Numbered from the stretch's first letter, positions 51,495 to 63,489 are shown. The stretch: DNA of 64,000 bases from Hyphochytrium catenoides (GCA_900088475.1 FLMG01000261.1:145493-209492); one strand, 5' to 3'. Numbers and translations: made by a program. Notes: generated by a model from the letters alone, not told the origin.

Positions 51495-52145
51495 CTTTGA
51501 CTTCAGCTCAAGCTCTGCGCCTTCCGCTTACAGAGCTCCTAACCTGCCTATGGGCAGACTGTTGCTATCGTTGTCTCGGGCTCTTTCTCTATCTCTCTAT
51601 CGTCATTCCTTGCCCGCTGCTCCATGTCCTTGACACTTCCTGAGCCTCAGTTCGTGAGCATCAAACAATTTTCCATCAAACACTTTTTCCATCAGGAGAG
51701 ATACAGACAAAATAATGAATAGGGCGTCCTCTATCAGGGATGCGAATGATTTTGGCTTTTAGCTAAAGACCTGAAAATGACTGAAGTTGTAATCACTGTC
51801 AATGGTTTTGCCTGTTGTCTTGGGTTTCTGGAAACTTACTATAAGGTCTTTGAATGGTTAGCCACATTCAGGATAGAGGCTGTGGATATCAATGAATCTT
51901 CTTCATTTGACGATTGATCGATCATTTGTGAGATGATGTCCTCAAAGGCAGGAGCCTGCTCTTTGACGGAGTTTGTCCAGCACGCAGACAGACGAGCAGA
52001 CGAGCGAGAAGAGATGCAAGGAGAGGAAGGCCTTGGACAATAGTCACTACCTGAGCTTCCAGATACGCACCCCTTGAGGTTAAGAGGAGAGCTCTATACA
52101 TCGATCAAGTCAGACCGGCTGACGAGACAGAAAGACAGACAGGCC
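51495..52145. promoter_or_regulatory. putative bidirectional promoter between the hypothetical gene (-) and LSM5 (+)
   Basis: Head-to-head genes with a gap of about 650 bp. The spacer is AT-richer, and the purine/pyrimidine skew flips here. Confidence 0.4.
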
Positions 52146-53682
52146 ATGGCTTCCAGACTGCTCCCTCTCGGTAAGCGCCGGCTTGCCCGAAGCAAAAGCT
52201 ATTTGAGTTCCTTTCATGTTCCTCCTCGTCGACTGTTTGACCACACGCATCGCCCCTTCCATCTGCATACGCAGGGGAACGTCAATCATCGTCTTCAAGC
52301 GTTTCTGCACCTTGCTTATACTCCTTGACATCCTTCTTTGACCTCTGCCGTTGCTCGTATCTCCCTAACATCTTGGGGAACATCTCTTTGTCTCATTCCC
52401 TTCACGTTCTCGCTTTCGGTGGCTTTGCATCTCTCTTCTCAAGTTGTTTGTGTCTCCTCCTGCAATCCCTCTTTAAACTACTCTTCACACCTCCTCCTCT
52501 AATCAACTCTTGCCACGGAACAAATATTATCTAGAGCTTATTGACAAATGCATCGGCTCTCGTTTATGGATCGTTATGAGGGGAGACAAGGAGCTAGAAG
52601 GAACACTCCTTGGCTTTGATGAGTATGTCAGTATCCTTGCCCACCCCAAGCACCTTTTGGTCGACGAATCCCATTCGCTTTCTTTCTACTCCATTGGTAC
52701 TTCTGTCTCTGTCCCTCTCTCTTTCTCGCCATCTTTTGCTTTCCGTCGTTCTAGCAGTCTCTCCTTCTCTCCCTCTCTATGTTCTTCCGAACTCGCTGCC
52801 GCCCTTTTGCCTTCTTGAGCTTGCACCTTTCTTCTCTTCCCATGGTGTCTCTTCTCTTTGCCATTCGCTGTTCTGGGTTCTTTGTCTATATCCTGCTCCG
52901 CACTGGAAGTTGGTTATATGAAGTGATCGGAGATCTGTCTCCCTTAACTCAACCGCCTTAAGATATGGTGCTAGAGGACGTCATTGAATAGTGAGTGCAA
53001 CCTTCCCGGATGGCTTATAGCACCTCTCTCTCTCTACCCTGCTTGTCCTTCTTTGCTTCCCTCGCCTGTCCCTTCTCTTCTCTCCCTCTCTCTGGCTCTC
53101 GCTTTGTCCCTTTGTACTTCTCGTCCCCCGTTCCTCTCTCTTCTTCTTGATTCTCCATTGCTTCGTCGTTTATTCGCTTTCTAGGCGCAAGTTCGACATT
53201 ATCTTCTCTGAATATTGCTATCGTTGCTTCAGTTCCGTTGCTATCTCTCCATTCAGCCAGGCACGTCGTCGTTCTCTAGCAATTTTTCTGTTTGGCTGAT
53301 CCGCGCTACTTTCTTTTACATCTGCTTGTCAGTTTACCGACATCCTTGCAAATCGACACAGCCTCATCCGTTTGCCATCCTTCCCCTTGTGCCTCTTTCT
53401 CTCCCTCCACTCTCTCTTACAGCGAGACGACAGCGGGAGGGAAGATTGCTCACCGGTCGGACCAGATCTTATTGAACGGGAACCATGTCTGCTTGGTACT
53501 CATCACTTGCCCTTCATTTACTCGGTCCGCCTATGTGAACGTCTCATATTCTTATTATTCTCTCATCTCATCGGTATCTGGGTCTCCTGAGCTTCTTCGC
53601 CTCCTTACGGGCTCTCACTTCTCTCCGACTCACTCTGTCTCTGCTGCAGCTTGTCCCAGGAGGCGTACCTGAACAGAGCTAG
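52146..53682 (+). CDS. LSM5: U6 snRNA-associated Sm-like protein LSm5; 5 exons
   Basis: Spliced product [84 protein letters not shown]. Confidence 0.96.
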
Positions 53683-54435
53683 ACACCTTCTTGTCAAGCC
53701 TACTCTCATCGCTCTATGTCAGCTCTCCTCTCCCTTGGGATACTTCCATACCCAAGCCGTGAAGTCGCACCAGATTGCTGGCACCAACAAGCAACCTCTT
53801 CCCAATTTGCCAGGAGAATGCTAAGATAATGCTTTGACGACATGGTTATGTCGATAAGGGGAAGATAGAGAGGTGTCTGATAGTTATCTTAGACGTTGGG
53901 CTGAGAGCTTAGTGACTTCACGAGGGAACTTTTGAGATCTAATTGAAAAATCTAGAAGGAAAAGGGAGCCTCCCTGTGACCGATAGCAGCCAACTGAGGA
54001 TAGAGTGGCCGCCTTGCTTGATCACTTGGAGGAAGGGAAGTGAGTTCTCTTGCCACTCTTTTTACATAGCCAAAGGGCTACGTTACCCCGCGATGCGATG
54101 CTTGCTCTGAAGATAGTCCTCCGATCCTCTGATGAAGGCGAGGAGGCAGACAAATCGCCATACAGTCAAAGAAGAGAGGCTTGATTGGCGCTTGTACTGC
54201 GCTAAGGTTATAAGATTCAGAATAACAGTGCCTTTGGACACGAACAAAGGTATTGTACGTACGTACATGTTTAGATGCCAATACAGCACAGTATCTACTG
54301 TACTTTCAGCGTGTTCATGCCGTACAACTGTACCTCACAATGCAACACTGTACGTCTATCCCAATCGGAATATACCCGTTCCTATCTGGAATAACGTTGG
54401 GTTGCTTCGAGAGGTGAAAGGGCATGACGGTTGGG

Positions 54436-54437
<2 letters not shown>

Positions 54438-54474
<37 letters not shown>
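54438..54474. repeat. (CT)n microsatellite upstream of IFT20
   Basis: Perfect ct dinucleotide run at the start of a pyrimidine-rich tract. Confidence 0.95.
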
Positions 54475-54475
<1 letters not shown>

Positions 54476-55060
54476 AAAACCTCTCTCTTTCGCTAAATCG
54501 TTTCTCTCTTCCTGTCCCTCTCTTTGTCTGTGTCTGTCTCTCGCGCTCTCGCTTCCGTCTGTCCCTCTTTTTTCCTCTCTCTTCCTTTGTCTCTTTCCTC
54601 CTCTCCCTCGTTTCTCTTTCTCCCGCTGTCGCGCTCACTCTCTGTTCCACTCCATCTCACTCTCTCTCCATTTCCTCATCGCTTTCGCTAGCATTGAATG
54701 CCTATTGACCTTCTGTTCATTTCTTGTCTCTCAACCTCTGCCGAAGTCTTGACCTCTGCCCGAAGTCTTGATAATAAGAGGCCTTTCTCTCTTTCCAAGC
54801 TTCTGAACCCTGTCTACCCTAGGCTGTCGTTCTCTATAACTCTCCCCAATTGACCTCTTCTCCGGATTCTCCCTAGACCATCTCCCACAGACCTCCAGGA
54901 GAAACCACGTCGCACACCTCAAAGCTCTAGAAGAGAGTCCCAAGAACGGTTGCAGAGTCTCTCTATCTTTCTCTCCTCTCTCTGTCTCGCTGTCTCTCCG
55001 CGTTGACCGTCTCTTTAACTCCGCCATCGGCGTCAAAGTCATATCCTTGCCTCTGTCATA

Positions 55061-56157
55061 ATGGACTTGGACAAAGTATCGATCAGCTTTGATGATGACG
55101 GGCGAGTGAGAGTCCTAGAAGCCGATAAATTCAGAAAGACAGAGGAGCTGCATAAAGAGGCTTTGGCCTTCGTGACGAGTAAGAGGACAGCGTTCTCTAG
55201 CGTCTCTCTCTTTCCGGCTCCTTGTTCTCCTCCGTTCTCTCAATTTGAGCCTTTGCTCGTTCCCTGCGCCTGTCTTTTCAGGTCAAGCTAAGAGAAAGGG
55301 TCGCCTTTACCTTTACTAGTATTCGTTGTGTTCTCTCTGTCTGTCTCTCTTTTCTCACTCTTCCCTCTTTCTCTCCACTCCGTTACTCACCTCTACTCTG
55401 CACCTGGCTGGCATATCACAGAGATCAGTGACTTCAAGCAGACAGTGCAAGGGCTCGTGGAAGTTCTTGAAAATCTGTCCAAGAAAATAGAGAAAGAGAA
55501 GCTCAAGGTTGTTTCTCCTCCCGTAGAGCTCAATTGAGGCGATAGGATAGTTTCCAGCATTCCAATAGTCTCCGTCTCTCGGTCCACAATGTCACTGTGC
55601 CTCTCGCCCCTCTCTCTAACTTTTTCTCTCTCTTCTGCTCTCACCTTCTCGACGGTATTACGCTCCCTTTTCTCTCTCTCTTTTCTCTGTTTCGCTTCTC
55701 TCTTTCTGCTCCTGTCCCTATTTGTTCCGCTTCTGGCTTCTAGTACCTTATATCTGTCTTTGCTATGTTCTGGCATTCCTCGATTGTTAGTTTGCAACGC
55801 AGTAAACCCTACTCATCGCATTTGTTGACGCGAGAGGCTTCCTTCTTCTCCAGGCGATTGGACTGAGAAACAAGCTGCAAAGCGAAGCTGAAAACAAGAC
55901 TAGGCAGCAGTTCCAGCTTCAGGCGGTCATCCTTGAAAAGATGGCAGAGCTTGAAAGGCAAGAAAGCGCATCGACTCCTTCCTTCTGTCCATTTCAACGT
56001 TGGCTCATCTCTCAAACTCTCTTGGTTTTAAGCTCGAGCTACTGACACTGGCGCCTCTCTCCAATGCCACAGGTACAACCAGCAGTATTTATCCCTTCAA
56101 CGAGTCGAGGCGGAGCAGCTTGCTCTCATTGATAAACTGAGCAACAATGAAGCATAA
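55061..56157 (+). CDS. IFT20: intraflagellar transport protein 20; 4 exons
   Basis: Spliced product MDLDKVSISFDDDGRVRVLEADKFRKTEEL...FVTKISDFKQTVQGLVEVLENLSKKIEKEKLKAIGLRNKL...ELERYNQQYLSLQRVEAEQLALIDKLSNNEA. Confidence 0.94.
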
Positions 56158-56359
56158 CGACCCGATCTTCTTTCTCTCTTACTCTGCACTCTCTTCCTTC
56201 TATCTTGTATAAGCATACGCAGTCCCTTATACAGCCATCTTCTCCTCATTGTATCTCTGCTTCAGTTGCACGCAGAAATGAAACGTTATAGTAAACTGCA
56301 TCCTCGAAGACGTGGTTAAGGTTGTCCTTTACATAGGCCATGGAATCCCTTCCCTAGTG

Positions 56360-56990
56360 TTAGCCTCTTCTTTCATTAGCAGCACTCTGTCTTTGAAGCT
56401 GTTCACACCATACAGCATAGGCTGACCTCAAAGCTACCGGGTTACTCCTTGAGTCCCTTACTTCAGAGAATCCGCTAGTTCGTCTGCCTGCAAGAACAGT
56501 TTTGATAGTGGGCTTTGATGGTGCATCTTCGGCGGTGTTTCCTTTTCGCAAAGTTCCATTGCGATGGGATAGGCAGATTGTCCTGCCCGTTTATTGCCCT
56601 GCCGGCATATTGGCCAGCTCTCCAGGGTGTGCACGACTTCTATAACTTTCTTGTCTTTAAGAGTGATGGCCGCTTTTCTTGACATCTTCAAGGTCTGTCG
56701 GCCACTTGACCTTCTTGTCACCTCCATGTTCTTCAGAAATAGGCTTCTCTCCTTCGTACACGTCATCAAGCTCCGAATCTTCTTGCCCTCTCTCTCCAAC
56801 AAAAGAACCTGATCCTTGGAAGCACTAGCCATTTCCTCTCTTCTCCTTGGTCTTACCTCTTGTCTCGCCCTCCTTCCACCCCTGCTCTTCCTCTTCTTCT
56901 CCATTATCACACGCTCTCTCTCTCTCTTTCACCTCTTCTTCTCCATTATCACACGCGCTCTCTCTCTTCTTTATATCCCTGTCTTCCTTT
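56360..56990 (-). pseudogene. possible decayed coding remnant (acidic, low complexity)
   Basis: One minus-strand frame reads protein-like (EEEEEQG...QEDSELDDVYEGEKPISEEHGGDKKVKWPTDLEDV...) but is broken by in-frame TAG/TAA stops. Confidence 0.25.
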
Positions 56991-57360
56991 GTACTTCTGA
57001 CCTCTCTTTCCTTCTTTCTCTATTGAGATTCTTATCACATCTTATCAGTCTTTCTTCATCTCTGCCGCTCTCCATCCTCCTTCCTACTTACTCTCTTCTG
57101 TCTTCTAACTCTGGCTCCCCGGCGATGATGAAGATGATAGATTTTTTATTATTTCTTCAGTTTTCTGATGAACTCATCATTAAATGATCGCCAAACCGAT
57201 ATTTGTCGATTCTATGTCTAATGAACCATTTTCAGGAAGTAGATGGGTGGGGAATGTAGAGTATGTGGGATGAGGAATGGTATGAGAGGCAGGATGGGTG
57301 GGCGTAGGGGACACTGAAAGGACATTCAGAAACTTCTGCACCTGCTTCTCTTTGCTTTCT

Positions 57361-57411
57361 GTCCTCTCTCTCTCTCTCTCTTCAGCGCTCGCTCTTGTAC
57401 TCTCTCTCTTA

Positions 57412-57450
<39 letters not shown>

Positions 57451-57490
57451 TCTCTCTTCTCTCGTTCTCTCTCTCTCTCTCTCTCTCTCA
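57361..57490. repeat. imperfect (CT)n array upstream of MAEA
   Basis: About 130 nt of interrupted ct repeats. Confidence 0.9.
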
Positions 57491-57822
57491 CACTTTCTCT
57501 ATCCCTCATGCGAATCTCTCTTCTTCCCCCACCACTTTTTGTCATTGCTTCCTCGTATCTCTTGTCATCTTCTCTCGCGCGCGCGTTCTCTCTCTCTCTC
57601 AAACCTATTGTTCATGTTGGGATCTTTCCCTTTCTTTATCCTGCCTCGCTCATCACTTCCACTCCTCACCTGCGGAAGCTCGTCGATGAGAATCTGCAAG
57701 AGATCTGTCCCTTACCTACGCCAGGAAAGAGACAGAACGAGAGAAGAGAGAAGAGAAAGGGAGAAACTGAGAGAGAGAAGGGGAGAAACTAAGAGCGATT
57801 GCCAACAGGTACACGTGGAACT

Positions 57823-60800
57823 ATGGCGGAGCTTACGGAAAAGAAAGCGTCACCTTCGATCTCTTCTTCCGCTGCTGGACCTCTTCTCCTCGACCTGGAG
57901 CAATCCTTCCTACGGATCCCTCTCGAGTCTCTCAACAGAGCCGTGCGAGCGACAGCGAAGACACTTCTCAAGGACGTGAACTGCGTCTCGCAAGAGATTA
58001 ACAAAGTTGTCGCTCCCGTAGGAAAGAGAGACGAGAGAGAGAGAGAAGAATCGATGAGGGAAGAAGAGGAAGCAGACGACGAAGAGAGAGATGAGGAAGA
58101 GCGTCTGGATAAGCTTCTGAAGCAACTGAAAGGTATCAAAGCCTCGTTCCTCGCCTCGACAGAGGAAGAGAACAAGTACCTCGAGAGGCTGACAACCAGG
58201 ATTGCCCTTCTTCGAGAGGGAGAAAGTGCTTCTCTCTCTTCTTCACCAGTGTCCTCTCTCTCGCTGGGAAGTGCGTCACTAGGGACAGCATCTTCTCTCT
58301 CTTCTTCCAAGCAGAAGTCTTACAAGCGCAAGCTTTCTTCTCAGACGGAAGAGACAGAAAGACAAGAGAGAGATGTACCTTCGTCTTCTCTCTCTTTTAA
58401 GCGGAAGAAGAGCCTAAGCTGGCAGGAACAAAGAGTGAATCGGCTCATACTCGGATACCTTCAGCGTGAAGGATATATGGACAGTGCTAGAAGCTTAGCA
58501 TCCCTGGCAGGTTCTCTTTGCTCTCTCTTTCTCTGGTCTCTCCTCCTGCCTCCCTTTCCTCTTTTTCATCTACGTCTTCTCTTTCTCTCTCTCTCTGTCT
58601 CTCTCAGTCGATTGCCTCAATTCTAACCTCTCTCTTTTCCTCTCTCTCTCTCTACTCATTCCTCTCTCTTCAACTCATCCCTCTGATCTCTCTGCACTAT
58701 AGCTCTTCCTTAGTGGAAAGTTTTCCTGTTCAACAACTAAGTCCTTCCCTTCTAATGCCGGTCCCTTTATCTTCCGATTCTCTCGCTTTGCTTGGTGGGC
58801 CTCCCCTCTCTCTCTCTCTTTCTCTCTCTCTCTCTTTCTCTCTCTTCGTCTCTCTTTTCCTATCACCTTGTCTCTCACTCCTTGCCTCGCTGCCCAGACT
58901 TGCCTGACTGTATAGACGAGGAGGTGTACGAGGCTTCTAAAGTTGTAATAGAAGGACTAAGAGCTAGAGACTGCGGTCCAGCCCTGAACTGGTGTAAGAC
59001 CTACGCCAACAAGCTCAAGGCAGCTAACAGGTAGAGAGACATTGCATGCAGGAGACAGAAAGCCGCAAGTCATGTCGTTGAGGATGAAGGACAGATAGAG
59101 AGAAAGTTCACAGAGACTGTGAGGCAAGAAATTGAGGAGAAACAGGGGCAAGAAGGCCATCGGGCCTATTTCATTTATCTCTTGACGCGTTCTCGCTCTG
59201 TTTCTCTCTTCTCTCTTTTTATTCTCTTGTCTCTCTTTCTATTCTCATGATTTCGTCGTCAATCGGTCTTTCTCGTCCCGTTATTTTACTTGTCATATCC
59301 ACTGAACGCGGTTCGGCCCGCTTGTTTAGTTCTTTTGAGTTGGAGGTTCGGCTTCAAGAGTTTATAGAGTTAGTCAGACAGAGCAAGAAGGCAGAAGCGA
59401 TGGCCTATGCCCAGGTACAGCCCGCAATACTCTCCTTCCTACTCTCCCTCTTTCGTCCTCTCAATCTCTCCCGCCGTCGTCTAGTCTCTCACCCCGGATC
59501 ACTCCTTGTCGATCTCTCTCCGCGTTCTTGAATTATCGCTTCCTCTCCCTCTCTCTCTCGGTCTCTCTCTCTCTCTCACACCCTCTTCTTGTCTTCTTTC
59601 TCTCTTACTCTCTCTCTGTCTCTCTCCCCCTCTCCTTAGAGGTTGCCGACTGTTAAGCCAAATAACTTGAGCGGGGGAGTGGTCCCTTCCTCCTGTTCCC
59701 TATGCTTCTACTTGCTGGCTTTGCATTTGACCGTCTGCTCTACTTTACCTGCGCTCTCACAACCATCCCGCAGTCCTACTTGTCACCGTTGGCGCAGAGC
59801 AATGTCAAGACGCTCCAGATCGCAATGGCCGCCCTTATCCTCGAGAATCCTGCAGAGAGTCCTCTCTCTGAGTATAGGGCGATGTTCGCTCCCGATAGGT
59901 GGGAAGAGCTGGCGCAGCGCTTTATAAAAGAGAGCACAAAGGTGAGGAAGACCCTGGTGGACAGCGTAAAGCCATTGTTCTACCCTGTTCAGGTTCCATT
60001 ACCAGGCGTCGCTCTCATTCTTTCTAGGATTCCATTGCTGCTTGCCGCTATAGTGCCATAAAACTCTTCCTCTCTCTCGTCTCTTACTCTCTCTCTCCCG
60101 TCTCTACTTTCTTTCCTTTTCGATTTAGAACCGACCACGTCTCGTAAGATTTGAAGAGTACCGCTTGTTCTCTGCTCCTATCCTCGTTTCTCTCTCGCGC
60201 TCGCTGCTTTCCCTGCCTTTATAGACCTCCTCTGCAAATCTCAAGCTCTTCTCTGACTTCCTCCTCTACGAATTCTTCAGGTGACCTCGATTTCGAGTGT
60301 GAATGAGATGTTACTGGCCCTAGAATGTGGTCTCTCTGTCCTAAACACTCCGCTGTGCCACGAGGAGTCTACTAGGCAGCTCAGGTGAGAGGATAACACG
60401 CCCAGCTCCTCAAGAAGCCCGTTGGCTGATTTATGGCCCCTTTCTACCCCTCCTGCTGGGGGCTTTCTATGAAAGATAGTTGTCATTACTTCCTCTCTTT
60501 CTATGATTGACACCTCATTAACTGCTGCTGGGTCTCTTTCATCCTCTGTCCTCTTCTAATTCTGTCTCCCTCTCTCTTTCTCTCCCTCTCTCTCCCTCTC
60601 TCTGTCTCTCTCTCTTGTTGTGTCTCTTCTTTCTGTCTCTCTACATCTCTCTATGATCTCTTCTTTCTCTCTCTTTCTCTCTCCCTGTGTGTCTCTCTCC
60701 CTCTGTCTTGCGCTCCTTTTCTCTCCGTCTCTCCTAGTCTTCCTTCCCCTCTCTCGCTTCTCTGTCTCTGTCTTGCTCCATGTCTCGCCGCGCATTTCTG

Positions 60801-61156
60801 CGGCTCTTCCGGCTCCATATCTAGCTGCGCATTCACATCTTATAAGGGTGCAAGAGGTCCTTTCTCTAACCCATACCCTGGCTGTGTAATTTATCAGGTG
60901 TCCTTCCTGCACGAAGGAAGGGAGAGAGATAGCGAAGGGCCTCCCCTTGGCTCATCACGCACTCTCCTCTCTCCTGTGTAGCGCCACCGGAGAGGCCATG
61001 GACGGCCATAATCCCCCCATGGCCCTTCCTAATGGCCAGGTGTACGGCAGAAAGATGGTTCTCAAGAGTGCGGCAGAGAATAACGGGATGGTGATTTGCC
61101 CCAAGACAGGCCAGAAGTTTGCCCTCTCAGAAGCCGTCCAGGTTTACATCATATGA
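57823..61156 (+). CDS. MAEA: CTLH/GID E3 ubiquitin ligase subunit MAEA (Gid9/Fyv10); multi-exon
   Basis: LEQSFLRIPLESLNR N-terminus; LisH (RVNRLILGYLQREGYMDSARSL); CTLH (DCGPALNWC...FELEVRLQEFIELVR); CRA; degenerate RING tail (CPSC...GLPLAHH...S.LLC..TGEAMD.HNPPMALPNGQVYG...VICPKTG). Confidence 0.93.
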
Positions 61157-61733
61157 GAAGGATGATTGAGATCCCGAGGGGAGAGACGTGAGAGCACTCC
61201 AGAGATCACTTGCTCTCCTCTATTGAGGGCCTAAGGGATGCCTCGGCAAGGGAGAGACATCCCAATATCAGATATCTAACCCGTACGTCTTTCTGGCAAG
61301 AACAAGCCTCAAACCGGAAGGGAATCTGAGCTCCAGAGGAGGCATAACTCGAACGGCAAACACAGGCAGAAGAGAGCACAGCCTGCCAAAGAGCAATACT
61401 CTTGATGCTAGACCACGATCTTGGCAATATTTGGATTGACAAAGACAAGATGAGGGAGAAAGGTAGGGAACAGGGACAAGGAGAGAGTGCAGGACCAGGG
61501 CTATCAGGAACTTTTAGTTGATTTATCAGTTTTAACCTCTTTTATATATAGAATTGAGCCGTCTTCCTTTCTCTTTCTCTCTTTGCCCCGTCGTCTCTGC
61601 TTCCATCCTCCTCATCCCTTCTTAGTTTTAAATAATAGCCAGCTGGTTATGGGACTGTCCATGTTGTCTTTCTATGCAATGCTCCACGCCTATCGTCAAG
61701 CACGCCCAGAAGGAGAGCAACCAGGATCTCTTC

Positions 61734-63332
61734 TTAGTTCCTTCCCTCGCCATCGTCGACGATAATATCCTTTAGCGTACTCCTCATTGGCTTCTGCATC
61801 TTCTTCAGCAGCTCCTTTGCTACTCGCACACCACTGAGGAAGCCTCCGTGTACGTAGCCATTATATTCGAGAGACGTGTGCTCCCCTGCAAAGTGCAGTC
61901 GCTCCACATTCTTTTGCAGAAGTCTCAGGTTCTCGGTCGTCATTCCGATGGGCCAGTTAGAGTAGGAACCGTAGAAGAGGTCATCGCTGTACCAGCGAGG
62001 GAAGAAGAAGGCATTGGGCTCCGGGATATCAGGTCCATACATTGCCCTAAGAACTTCCATCACCTCAGCCTGGACCTCCTCATCCTTCATTCTCTCTATG
62101 CGTCTGGACTGCTCGTCCGTCACCGTGACCATGTACACGGCGGACCCTGGACGGCCGGCAAAGTCTCCATAGAGACTGATATCAAGGTCCATCCACACAG
62201 GGTAGTAGCCTCGTGCTTTGGGGTCAGCATACAGACTGAACTGGTGCCCGTTGGTCCAGAAGTTCTTCTCAAACGCAAGGAAGATCTTCGTGTACGTTGC
62301 CATACCGAAGCGGATGATCTCATCGGTCTTCCACTCTGGCAGAGCAGGAGAGAAGAGAGTCTTCATCTTGTGCTTGAGCACGCCCACACTGAAGGTACAG
62401 ATTGCATAGTCTGCGCTGTACGTTTGGCCATTCTCAGTCTTCACCGTGACGCCTCGCCCGCTGTAGTCAATAGAGATAACCTTAGAGTTCAGCTTGACGC
62501 GAGGATCTGTCTCCGCATTGACGGGCTGGCCCTTGTTGCCTGCTTTTAAGGCTCGGTCCAGCAGCTCTCTGGCGATGAGAGAGTAGCCTTTAGGGTCAAC
62601 GACAAACTCACTCTCATCTGAAAACTTTGTGAAGGTGGCAACGTTTGTCGTCATCTTTAGAGAACTCTGAGCTGGAGGTTCTGCAAACTCGAAGTCAAAG
62701 CCCATGAACTCGACAGCTTTCTCGATCGGAGAGAGCGCGGTCCAGCCCTCATACTGCAGCGCCGTACGGACGTTAAGGTCCTGCTTTCTGGAGTCCTTGT
62801 ACCTTTGTCCTCTCTCCGAAGCAGCCTCATACGCCTTCTCAAAGCGAGAGAGTGCCTCCTCATACACCTTTCCACCCAGTGTCCTGTCCTGGTTGATGAG
62901 GGTGATGTTTGAACTATCACTTGGAACGGTCTTCAGTCCGAACTGTTTGGCGAGGAGGTTGATCGGGTTCTTCCCTAGTCCCTCGATCCAGTTGGCGCCC
63001 AGCTCGATGGTCCTGCCCGCGAAAGTGCCTTTCTTCAGTCTTCCGCCAATATAATCACTGGCCTCTACGAGGAGAAAATCGGTGACGCCGCTTTCTGCCA
63101 AGATGTTAGCGGCAGTGACGCCTGCAATGCCCGCGCCAAGAATGAGAACCTTGGCCTTGTTCTTCTTCCTCTCTGCCTGAACCTCGGCAGGAGCGGTTCC
63201 TACTGCCTGCGTCGCCTCTTGTGGAGAAGGAGAGACAGCAACCTCTGCGGAGAGAGGCTGAACGTTGGGCTGGAACGCGAGCGCTAGTCCAGCGAGGACG
63301 AGAAGCGCAGCGGAAGGGGAAGCGATCCTCAT
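61734..63332 (-). CDS. PAO: flavin-dependent polyamine oxidase (maize PAO1-like) with predicted signal peptide; intronless CDS
   Basis: 532-aa ORF with hydrophobic leader MRIASPSAALLVLAGLALA; ILGAGIAG and EASDYIGGRL (FAD binding); ELGANWIEG; DFEFAEPP; MATYTKIFL; FYGSYSNWP; HFAGEHTS...GYVHGGFLSG. Confidence 0.93.
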   Translation of the reverse strand: MRIASPSAALLVLAGLALAFQPNVQPLSAEVAVSPSPQEATQAVGTAPAEVQAERKKNKAKVLILGAGIAGVTAANILAESGVTDFLLVEASDYIGGRLKKGTFAGRTIELGANWIEGLGKNPINLLAKQFGLKTVPSDSSNITLINQDRTLGGKVYEEALSRFEKAYEAASERGQRYKDSRKQDLNVRTALQYEGWTALSPIEKAVEFMGFDFEFAEPPAQSSLKMTTNVATFTKFSDESEFVVDPKGYSLIARELLDRALKAGNKGQPVNAETDPRVKLNSKVISIDYSGRGVTVKTENGQTYSADYAICTFSVGVLKHKMKTLFSPALPEWKTDEIIRFGMATYTKIFLAFEKNFWTNGHQFSLYADPKARGYYPVWMDLDISLYGDFAGRPGSAVYMVTVTDEQSRRIERMKDEEVQAEVMEVLRAMYGPDIPEPNAFFFPRWYSDDLFYGSYSNWPIGMTTENLRLLQKNVERLHFAGEHTSLEYNGYVHGGFLSGVRVAKELLKKMQKPMRSTLKDIIVDDGEGRN

Positions 63333-63489
63333 TCTTCCTTTATCCTTTATAGCGCTGACAGAGAGAGAAAGAGAGACAAAGGAGGAGACCTGAGTCCTGC
63401 TTGTCCAAATGGATAATGATCATTAGCTGTCTGATATTCATAGGTAGACTCTGCATAGTGGTCGGTGAAAGGAGAAGAAATAGAGCAGG

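Noticed and set aside
54129-54165. CTGATGA followed by a hairpin (hammerhead-like); similar cores near 9696, 20705, 42737 and 57164
   Set aside because: No correctly placed GAAA, and stems I/III are missing.
57180-57979. RE-rich and SL-rich ORFs (also 47697-48143, 54315-54708, 60556-60912, 63340-63650)
   Set aside because: Translations of AG/CT microsatellites, which lack stop codons.
61848-63054. Long plus-strand ORFs opposite PAO
   Set aside because: Antisense shadows of a GC3-rich CDS.
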